Shown one piece after another: positions 31,336 through 39,354 of a DNA stretch of 64,000 nt; within the stretch, counting starts at the first letter, position 1, and every line of letters starts with the position of its first letter. The notes under the pieces were generated by a model. The model was not told the origin of the DNA. It saw nothing but the letters and a program-made list of their open reading frames with translations, and made no database searches. The position numbers and the translations under genes are program-made. Source of the stretch: a plasmid; sequence record NZ_AP019754.1, one strand, 5' to 3'.

Positions 31336-31862
31336 TCTGACTTGAACAATGGGGGCCCACTTTGGCCTAAGCGTAAAGACGCATGGCCAGTGCAACTTGC
31401 GTGACAAATGCACCGGCAGGATTGTCATGATACCTGGGGTGATGTCTCCAACTGACAGCGATTTTTTTCTGGGCCAATATGTGCAGCCACAGCACTATCG
31501 CATTACTGCCAAAAGGTATGGGTATTTGTATTCACCCAACTTTTCTCAAGTATCAATATTGCCCTTTAATTGCTTACGAGAGGCTATGACTGAGTTCGGC
31601 TGAGGCTGCAGAAGCACCGATGAACAATAATCTTTTGGACGCCGGTAACCTGCCACTGATATTTTTATCATGACAAATGCTTCTTTGGTCAGTCATATGT
31701 CCTCTTCATCATCAATCGTGACCATACATTCATCAATGTATATAAGAGTCTTTTTGACTTTCGAACGCTCCCAAAAGCCACCTGTTTAGTTATCTAATCG
31801 GGGATTTAGACCCAATGCTGATGGATATAATGTTTAGGAAAAACTAAAATCCGGGTTTTGTC

Positions 31863-33437
31863 ATGTTGAAAAGAAAAATTCATCTCCGGCTTCTTCTGAC
31901 TTCGCTTACCGCAGGTGGGGTCATTATTACTTGCATGCTGATGATAGGGGCGCTCTTTCTTTTCCAGAAAAAATACATCGAAGAAAGCTTGCTAAGCGAT
32001 AACATCGCTTACGCTCAAAAGCTCGCTGACACAACCGACCGCTACCTCAAAACTGCGCAGCAGGAACTGGCCTGGAGTGCGTCTCAGATAAATACGCTTG
32101 ATGATGTTGTTCAACTGGCCAGTGAAAGCGAGCGGTTAAGGCTACAGTCCGACTTTTTCAATACAGTCGTCGTGGTAAACCGGAACGCGGTAGTTACTGC
32201 CACATCACCTCAAAGCCTGAAGCTTGTCGGTGTCAGACTTAAACCTGTTGCCAGCCTGCAGTCTATTGATATGGAAAAACCATATATCTCCCCCCCTTTC
32301 ATCGCAGAAACTGGTAATTACGTCATTTTTATCTCTCAGCCGCTTTTCACCTCTAAAGGTAATTATCTCGGCTATATCGGAGGAACAATTTATCTCAAAA
32401 AGCAGAGCATGCTTAGCGATATCCTCAGCCGGCATTTTTTTGGAAAGGACTCTGTTGTCAGTATTGTCAGTAATGAAGGGCTGATTATTTACAGTCAAGA
32501 CCCAGGCAAGACCGGTACTAAGATGTTTCTTCCTGTCTCTATCCAGAAACGCCTGGCCGATACGAAAAGTGGACAGAAAAACGGACATAAATTACTGATA
32601 GGATATGCGAACCTTCGTTCCACTGGCTGGAATGTCTTTATGACCGGTACGTCTGAAACGGTAAAAGCTATACTTTTGAACTCTGTGCGAAATACCTTCT
32701 GGTTTATTATCGGAATCCTGGCACTGACCTCAGGTGTCATGGCACTGCTTGCGGGACGCATTGCTTTACCACTCGAGAAGCTTGCAGCAATGGTACGAGA
32801 AGGAGGTAGTAATGCTACTGCGGAGTCGGTCATCGGTACACATGCATGGTATTATGAAGCGGAATGCCTGGCTGATGCCGTTCGCGATCACCGTAGGGCT
32901 GTATCAGGACATATGGCCGCTATCAGTGATGAAGCAATGACAGATCCCCTTACGGGGCTTTACAACCGGCGCGGCTTTACTGTGACGGCTGACGAAGTGG
33001 TTGACAGTGCAGAACACTGCATCATCGCGATTGATATCGATCACTTTAAGTACATTAATGATAAATTTGGTCATGACGCGGGAGATTTTGCTTTGGTCGG
33101 ACTTGCGGAGTTACTCGCAAAGGCGAGCCGCCCGATGGACCTGGTCAGTAGGTTTGGAGGAGAGGAGTTCATTATACTAATGCCAAATACCTCTCTTCTG
33201 GACGGTGCTGCTACGGCAGAGCGCATTCGTCTGGAAGTAAACAAAGCTAACTTTCCTGGCGTAGGCAGAATGGCCGTTTCAGCGGGTGTAGCCGTTTTTA
33301 GTGGTCAGGAAGTCGCTCATGAAGAAGCTCTTCGCCATGCTGATGAAGCCCTATACTTTTCCAAAAGAGCGGGGCGAAACCAGGTATCAGTGAGTATCTC
33401 AGGAAAAATTATTGTTCCTTTCAGTACAGTTGGATAG
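31863..33437 (+). CDS. diguanylate cyclase: periplasmic Cache-like sensor, TM, GGDEF domain (GGEEF active site)
   Basis: 524 aa with an N-terminal TM, a ~250-aa periplasmic domain and a second TM. The GGDEF domain has DPLTGLYNRRGF, an RxxD I-site context and RFGGEEF. Confidence 0.85.
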   Translation: MLKRKIHLRLLLTSLTAGGVIITCMLMIGALFLFQKKYIEESLLSDNIAYAQKLADTTDRYLKTAQQELAWSASQINTLDDVVQLASESERLRLQSDFFNTVVVVNRNAVVTATSPQSLKLVGVRLKPVASLQSIDMEKPYISPPFIAETGNYVIFISQPLFTSKGNYLGYIGGTIYLKKQSMLSDILSRHFFGKDSVVSIVSNEGLIIYSQDPGKTGTKMFLPVSIQKRLADTKSGQKNGHKLLIGYANLRSTGWNVFMTGTSETVKAILLNSVRNTFWFIIGILALTSGVMALLAGRIALPLEKLAAMVREGGSNATAESVIGTHAWYYEAECLADAVRDHRRAVSGHMAAISDEAMTDPLTGLYNRRGFTVTADEVVDSAEHCIIAIDIDHFKYINDKFGHDAGDFALVGLAELLAKASRPMDLVSRFGGEEFIILMPNTSLLDGAATAERIRLEVNKANFPGVGRMAVSAGVAVFSGQEVAHEEALRHADEALYFSKRAGRNQVSVSISGKIIVPFSTVG

Positions 33438-33600
33438 GTTTAGATCTTATGCAGATGGTCACTTATTTTGCAATAAAATACAGCTGCGAAAATCTTAATA
33501 ACATACCGGTTGTAAATCAAACCGTCATGTTACCATCCTGTAGCCTTCCGCCCGGGCGAATTGTTTGCGCAGGCGCAGTCCCCATACTGAGACCTTTATC

Positions 33601-33628
33601 AGAAAAAAACGGGGCCGGACGTGAGCCC
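33601..33628 (-). terminator. rho-independent terminator (minus strand): GGGGC-N9-GCCCC then TTTTTTT
   Basis: Hairpin followed by a 7-T run when read on the minus strand. No annotated gene lies directly upstream. Confidence 0.5.
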
Positions 33629-33952
33629 CAAAGACACCATTACTTGCTTTTGATTATAGAGGTTCGCTTGCCGGCCAGCCGGTTCGCTTAATTATCATCA
33701 CTGTACAACCTGTAAATTACAAGTGCATGATTATGTTGAAATAAAATTCAGAGCGAAAATATTAATGCCTTCAGGAATCAGAATTAATTCTGGATGATTT
33801 GTGATAACAGCCTATAAGCATCGGCTGCCTGCGAGAGCTACCTTTGAAAAGAAGTAAATGATGCCCTTGAGGTATGAGCGTCGATTGTGAGGACTGCAAC
33901 AACAGCTCTGTGCCACTAACGGACATGTGCATAAACCTGATTCCGTTGATAC

Positions 33953-33982
33953 AAAAAAACGCCTGATGCAGGGCTTCAGGCG
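33953..33982 (-). terminator. rho-independent terminator (minus strand) downstream of the chemoreceptor pseudogene
   Basis: CGCCTGA-N9-TCAGGCG followed by TTTTTTT on the minus strand. It lies about 50 nt after the NWEQF stop at 34033. Confidence 0.65.
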
Positions 33983-34032
33983 TTGGGGCATATCTACATT
34001 TCAGTTCGTGATCGGAAATGCTTTTATCAGAA

Positions 34033-34781
34033 CTGTTCCCAGTTCTGATCCTGGCCGCCAGCCGCAATGGCTTGTGTTTTTTTCATGACAGGCACAGAAA
34101 TCACTTCGGGGCGGCTGTGCTTCCGGTCATTAGCGGGTGATATTCCTGACACGCTGACGGTGAATGCGCTCACCAGCCTGCACAAAGCTCATTGAAGACT
34201 CTATCAGCTCCTTGATTTCACGTGCGGAGGCAGATGAACGCTGTGCCAGATTACGGACTTCGCCAGCCACAACCGCAAAGCCGCGACCCTGCTCACCCGC
34301 ACGGGCCGCTTCGACGGCCGCGTTGAGCGCAAGGATGTTGGTCTGGAAGGCAATACCCTCAATCAGCGCAATGATGTCCGTGATTTTGGCTGAGCTTCCA
34401 CGGATATCGCTCATCGTGGTCATCAGGGTGCGCACGCGACCGGCGCTGTCTTCTGAAATATCCCGGGCGTTTCTGGCCAGGTGGCTGGCCAGGCGCGTGT
34501 TTTCTGCAGTCTGGCGGACAGTTTCACTGAGCTCAGACATGCTGGCTGCCGTCTGTTCCAGTGAGGCGGCCTGCTCCTCGGTGCGTGATGACAGATCCTC
34601 GTTACCGGCTGATATCTGTGCCGAAGCGGAACTGACCGACTGGGCAGACGCCTCTACTTTTAACACAGCATTAGCAATGTCCGCTTTTCGCTGATAGCGG
34701 ACCTCCAGCTCAGTCAGCCTGTCCGCTTTGTGCCAGGAGCGGACCTTATAAACACTAAGGTACGATCGTTTAGGGGCAGTC
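34033..34781 (-). pseudogene. chemoreceptor (MCP) pseudogene: signalling-domain fragment lacking sensor/TM/HAMP, with an internal frameshift; NWEQF terminus retained in another frame
   Basis: The 34130-34666 frame encodes [24 protein letters not shown]...[38 protein letters not shown], then diverges and stops. A different frame at 34033-34140 encodes ...MKKTQAIAAGGQDQNWEQF*. The open frame begins directly after a TAG at 34781, and no N-terminal half is present. Confidence 0.8.
34679..34744. repeat. two adjacent stem-loops sharing the stem GTCCGCT/AGCGGAC (34679-34702 and 34721-34744), inside the 5' end of the MCP pseudogene frame
   Basis: GTCCGCTTTTCGCTGATAGCGGAC and GTCCGCTTTGTGCCAGGAGCGGAC. 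The second is near-identical to the hairpin after ndvB. Confidence 0.6.
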
Positions 34782-35135
34782 TATGGAGAGTTATTATAGT
34801 GAGAACTCATCACGACCGAAGAAGATCGTAACAGATTCAGCCCCCTTGAGAGCGCAACATATAAATCAGTTGTGGACAATCCATCCGAGGCGTTCAGGCA
34901 GAGGCCAGCGCATGACTTCGCCGGTCTCTTCCTGAAAGGCAAGCATCAATATCTGTCCAGTAAAGTCTGCGTGTTCTTTGGGACCAGAGGGGCACTCGCC
35001 CAGCAAATTGCTGACATGGGCTGCTACTGAAAATATGTTATTTCTCCAGGAGGATAAAAGTTGCGAGGGTGAACGAACTGAAGGTCAGGGACGTCTGCGA
35101 CTGGACATACGTCCCTAACCAGCAGTGTCGCTTGG

Positions 35136-35608
35136 TTAATACAGAAAATGCTCGGTAAGCCGGTCGCTAAAAAGCATGATGCCGAGCCCGGTCAGCATGA
35201 CCAACACGCCACCCATCTTGATGAGCGAAACCGGCCGTCATATGGCGCCCAGCAGACCAAAATGGTCGATCACCTGTGATGAGCGACAATCGCCAACCCG
35301 AGCGGGGCTGAAAAACCGATTTTTGGTGCAAGTACCACATAGCTGAATAACGCACAGGCACCGATCTGTCGGCCCGCCAGACTCCACAGAGGCTGTGAAG
35401 GGATGGCAGCAAGGGCGGTGAAAACCCCTCCACGTAGCAGCGAGTAAACGCCTAGGCTCAACGCTCCGGCCGTAAAGGAAAACAACGCGGCGGTGACCGG
35501 GTCGCCCTCGAGCCCTTTTGCAAGCTGGCTGTTCAATGTTGTCTGCAGGGTAATACCCAGACCTGCTGCAAAAGCCAGTACGTAATAAATCGCGCTCATG
35601 CTGTTCAT
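35136..35608 (-). pseudogene. DUF606/YdcZ-family inner-membrane protein gene disrupted by a frameshift and an in-frame stop
   Basis: N-terminal 112 codons (MSAIYYVLAFAAGLGITLQTTLNSQLAKGLEGD...APKIGFSAPLGLAIVAHHR*). A different frame continues ...SQVIDHFGLLGAI*, and after the stop the same frame continues ...LIKMGGVLVMLTGLGIMLFSDR..., the expected family C-terminus. Confidence 0.65.
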
Positions 35609-35613
35609 CTCAG

Positions 35614-36077
35614 TTAGTTTGCCTGCACCATCGGCAGGAATTTTTCCGCAAAGATGTCAGGCTCATACCCTGCTGCCGTAAAAAGGTGTTCGCTTGATTC
35701 ATCAATGGCTGCGCGAAGGCGTTCACTGTCCACACCCGCTTTCCCGGCTAACGCGGTCTGAAACGCAGAATGGAGGTCGGAGGTAAAAAACGCCAGATGG
35801 CGGGGTGTAAAGGTATTGATCCCGTCGAACATAAATTCAAACACCTTGCCGGTTTCAGGGCTAAGGAGGCCGCTGAAAGGATAGCGCTGGCGCAGGTCTC
35901 CGACGTTTTCCGGCGCACACCTGGTCTGTCAATGAGCTCGGGAGATGTCATCAGGGCGTGATGAAGCCGGGTGATGAGCCTGACAATGACGTTTGGGTTT
36001 GGCTCCCGCTCAATACGAATCCCCATGTCTGTAAGGGTTTGGCAAGGGGGAACGCATGATGGAGTTATGGCGCGCAT
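35614..36077 (-). pseudogene. disrupted ORF of unknown function (two overlapping frames, 109 aa and ~100 aa)
   Basis: Frame A 35748-36077 and frame C (TGA...ENVGDLRQRYPFSGLLSPETGKVFEFMFDGINTFTPRHLAFF...MVQAN*) overlap by about 100 nt. This fits a frameshifted gene. No family assigned. Confidence 0.3.
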
Positions 36078-36246
36078 AGCGCCCCCGCTTTTTTGCTTCT
36101 GTTGTGTCCATAAGATGCGCGTCTGTGGAGGAGGATGGGGGCATTTTTTTCAGGCGGGCTGAACCAGGATGGTTGCTGCTGCTCCGCCAGAAAAAAGGGT
36201 ATTCGTGATTCAGGAAAATATTTCCCATCGAATCAACGCGTTGAAA

Positions 36247-36942
36247 TCAAGTAATTAAGCTCGGATCGTTCCAGAGACGAAATCCTCCCTCGAATGCCAG
36301 TGTGTTGTCGCCTTTGCGGCACTTTGGCGGGAGTGAGTCGAGTTCATCTACGTTTCCTCCGCCTAAAACCACGTAGTCAGGCTGCAACGCGGTGGTCAGC
36401 ATCTCCACCACGTCAAAAACCCGCGCCTGCCATTTTTTGTTCCCCTTTTTTACCCGGTAGGCTTCACCTACGTAGTGTTCGTAGCTATTGCCTTTGCGAT
36501 AAGGTAAGTGAGCGATCTCCATGGGCTGAGCGACGTTTTCGATGATCATCGCAGCCCCTAGTCCCGTGCCAAGACCGAGGAACAGCATGCGTCCGCCCTG
36601 ATAGGAACCCAGCGCCTGCATCAGGGCGTCGTTGACGATACGAACAGGGCAGCCAAAGGCGCCTGCATAGTCAAACCCCATCCAGCCCTCACCGAGGTTG
36701 GCGGGCTCCCGAATAGGTTTATTGTCCGCGACGGGACCCGGAAACCCCATCGCGATCACATCATAGGACATGCCTTCAGCCAGGGTCTTAACCGCGGCAA
36801 CCATGTCTGCGGCCGACATGTTTTTTCCACTATCTGCCTTCTTTTTTACCCCGCCAGTGCTGGAGAGGATCTTCACATGGCTTCCGCCGATGTCGATGGA
36901 CAAAACAACATGATCTTTCTTTTTTTTAGTTTGCCGCGTCAT
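36247..36942 (-). CDS. ROK-family sugar kinase, polyphosphate/ATP-glucokinase (PPGK)-like
   Basis: 231 aa with LSIDIGGSHVKI (phosphate-1), a GLGTGLGAAMI glycine-rich loop and a short PPGK-like length. It lies directly downstream of zwf. Confidence 0.55.
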   Translation of the reverse strand: MTRQTKKKKDHVVLSIDIGGSHVKILSSTGGVKKKADSGKNMSAADMVAAVKTLAEGMSYDVIAMGFPGPVADNKPIREPANLGEGWMGFDYAGAFGCPVRIVNDALMQALGSYQGGRMLFLGLGTGLGAAMIIENVAQPMEIAHLPYRKGNSYEHYVGEAYRVKKGNKKWQARVFDVVEMLTTALQPDYVVLGGGNVDELDSLPPKCRKGDNTLAFEGGFRLWNDPSLIT

Positions 36943-36960
36943 TGGTAATTCTCCATAGGC

Positions 36961-38331
36961 TCAAACGGGATCGACCCAGCCGCCGGGGGGCATAAAGTCC
37001 GCCATAGCGGCAGGCCCCCAGGTTCCTGGTTTGTAGGCAGGTGGAACAGTTTTATCCTTTAGTATAGGTTCGACGATTTTCCAGGCCAGCTCTGCTGCAT
37101 CCTGCCTGGTGAAAAGCTGACGATCGCCCGCCATGGCATCGCCAATCAGCCGCTCGTAGGGCGCCATATCGCCCAGACCATCGTCCAGCGCGGTGAGTTC
37201 GACCGCTTCACCCCGCATCTTTTCGCCGGACGCCTTGCGTCTCGCGCCAATGCCGATCGTAATATCCGGGCCGAGGCGAAAGCGGATATAGTTGGCGGGC
37301 TCGTCGGTAATTTCATCGAAAAGGGTAACCGGCGGTCGCCTGAAGCGCACAACCACTTCCGTGGCATGCGCGGGTAAATTTTTCCCAGCACGGATATAGA
37401 AGGGAACGCCACTCCAGCGCCACGTTGTAATCTGAAAGCGAACCGCAGCGAAGGTCTCCGTCGGAGAAGACGCGGCGACACCCGGTTCATCGGTATAGCC
37501 TTCAAACTGACCCCGAACAACGTCATCGTCTGACAGAGGCGGCATGGCCTTTAACACCTGGACTTTCTCATCAACCAGATCGTCGGATGCGCCGGAAGAG
37601 GGTGGTTCCATGGCAAGTAACAGAAGCACATTAACCAGGTGATTCTGGATCACATCACGGATGCAGCCAACTTCGTCATAGAATTTGCCGCGTCCCTTGA
37701 TGCCGAAGTCCTCAGCCATGGTGATCTGAACGCTTTCGATATGTTCACGATTCCATATGGGTTCAAGGAAGCTGTTCGCAAAGCGAAAGTAGAGGAGGTT
37801 CTGGATAGCCTCCTTGCCCAGAAAGTGGTCGATGCGGAAAATCGCGTCCTCATCGAAAACCTTGTGCAGCACCTCGTTCAGCTGTTTTGCCGAAGCGAGA
37901 TCGCGGCCAAACGGCTTTTCCACCATAAGTCGGGCGTTTTTCGCGATACCGGCCTCTGCCAGCCCACCCGCAACCGTTTCGAACAGGGAGGGGGGAATGG
38001 CAAGGTAGTAGAGCGGGTTATGATGACCGGCAAGCGCCTCGCGCAGCCCGTCGAATGTTGACTGAGATCGATAATCGCCTGAAACGTAGGAAAGCCTGTC
38101 CGCCAGTGCGGCAAAGACCGCCTGATCGACCACATCGACATGTTTTTCAACCGCCTCTTTTGCACGCGCGATCAACTGGTCACGCGTCCAGTCTTCAAAT
38201 GCAACACCGATAATGGGCGTACTGAGCGTTTTACGCTTCACCATTGCATAGAGAGAAGGGAAGATCATCTTGTAGGCAAGATCGCCGGTGACACCGAACA
38301 CTACCAGCACATCTGATCGTTGCTGCGCCAT
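36961..38331 (-). CDS. zwf: glucose-6-phosphate 1-dehydrogenase (non-enterobacterial type)
   Basis: 456 aa with G6PD motifs ([35 protein letters not shown]). Confidence 0.9.
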   Translation of the reverse strand: MAQQRSDVLVVFGVTGDLAYKMIFPSLYAMVKRKTLSTPIIGVAFEDWTRDQLIARAKEAVEKHVDVVDQAVFAALADRLSYVSGDYRSQSTFDGLREALAGHHNPLYYLAIPPSLFETVAGGLAEAGIAKNARLMVEKPFGRDLASAKQLNEVLHKVFDEDAIFRIDHFLGKEAIQNLLYFRFANSFLEPIWNREHIESVQITMAEDFGIKGRGKFYDEVGCIRDVIQNHLVNVLLLLAMEPPSSGASDDLVDEKVQVLKAMPPLSDDDVVRGQFEGYTDEPGVAASSPTETFAAVRFQITTWRWSGVPFYIRAGKNLPAHATEVVVRFRRPPVTLFDEITDEPANYIRFRLGPDITIGIGARRKASGEKMRGEAVELTALDDGLGDMAPYERLIGDAMAGDRQLFTRQDAAELAWKIVEPILKDKTVPPAYKPGTWGPAAMADFMPPGGWVDPV

Positions 38332-38348
38332 CGCTGTGTACCTCCGCG

Positions 38349-39353
38349 TTACCTGGTTTTTTCCAAATGGCCGCCGAAGGCGTGCCGCATGGCTGAGAGG
38401 ACTTTTTCGGCAAACAGTGCTTCGCCACGAGAAGAGAAACGCCCGAAAAGAGCAGACGCGAGAACCGGAGCAGGAACGCCCGTGTCGACAGCCGCCTGCA
38501 ATGTCCAGCGCCCTTCACCGGAATCAGACACGCGGCCATCATAATGGTTGAGATTCGGGTCCTGTTTCAACGCTTCGGCTGTCAGATCCAGCAGCCAGGA
38601 GCCGATCACCGAGCCATGTCGCCATACCTCTGTAACGGCGGGAAGATTGATATCAAAACGATAATATTGCGGACTGGAAAGGGGCGCGGTTTCCGCATCA
38701 GCCTCCCGCTCGCCGGTTCCGCTATTGGCGGCCTTTAAAATGTTCAGGCCTTCGGCATAGGCGGCCATGACACCATATTCAATGCCATTATGTACCATCT
38801 TGACGAAGTGTCCGGCGCCTGCTGGCCCGCAATGAAGATAACCTCTCGGCGCCGTGCCCAGGGCCGCATCTTCCGCAATGTTCTGACCGGCACCGGGCGC
38901 AAGCGACGCAAAAATCGGGTCCAGGCGCTTCACGGCCGCCTGCGGGCCGCCAATCATCAGGGAGTAGCCACGCTCGAGGCCCCAAACGCCACCCGATGTG
39001 CCGACGTCGATATAGTCGATTCCGAGAGGTGAAAATTCCCCGGCGATATCGATAGCTTCACGGTAAAAGGAGTTGCCCCCATCGATAATAGCGTCGCCCT
39101 TATTCAGCGCTGCTGCGAACTCCCGCGCAATCTTTGGTGTTATCGCCGCGGGGAGCATGAGCCAGACCGCGCGCGGCGCCTCCAGCTTCGCAATCAGATC
39201 GCCAGGGGATAACGCGCCGGTTGCGCCTTCTTTAACCAGTGCGTCAACGTTATCGGCGTTCACGTCGTAAACGACGCATTCGTGGCCCTGTTTAAGAAGG
39301 CGACGTACCATGTTGGCGCCCATGCGGCCGAGACCTACCATTCCAATCTGCAT
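38349..39353 (-). CDS. gnd: 6-phosphogluconate dehydrogenase (decarboxylating), short NAD-dependent YqeC/GndA-like form
   Basis: About 335 aa from the ATG at 39353 ([19 protein letters not shown]...). It has a 6PGDH NAD-binding Rossmann fold plus a short C-terminal domain. The start overlaps the GH15 stop (ATGGAGAATGATATG). Confidence 0.85.
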   Translation of the reverse strand: MQIGMVGLGRMGANMVRRLLKQGHECVVYDVNADNVDALVKEGATGALSPGDLIAKLEAPRAVWLMLPAAITPKIAREFAAALNKGDAIIDGGNSFYREAIDIAGEFSPLGIDYIDVGTSGGVWGLERGYSLMIGGPQAAVKRLDPIFASLAPGAGQNIAEDAALGTAPRGYLHCGPAGAGHFVKMVHNGIEYGVMAAYAEGLNILKAANSGTGEREADAETAPLSSPQYYRFDINLPAVTEVWRHGSVIGSWLLDLTAEALKQDPNLNHYDGRVSDSGEGRWTLQAAVDTGVPAPVLASALFGRFSSRGEALFAEKVLSAMRHAFGGHLEKTR

Positions 39354-39354
39354 A

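Noticed and set aside
33771-34067. 98-aa minus-strand ORF
   Set aside because: Low-complexity product. Its 3' part overlaps, in a different frame, the NWEQF-encoding tail of the MCP pseudogene, so it is most likely non-coding.
34679-34744. Possible CRISPR-like or tandem repeat array
   Set aside because: There are only two adjacent hairpins (41-bp period) with different loops, embedded in a remnant coding frame. There are no further repeats, no leader and no cas genes.
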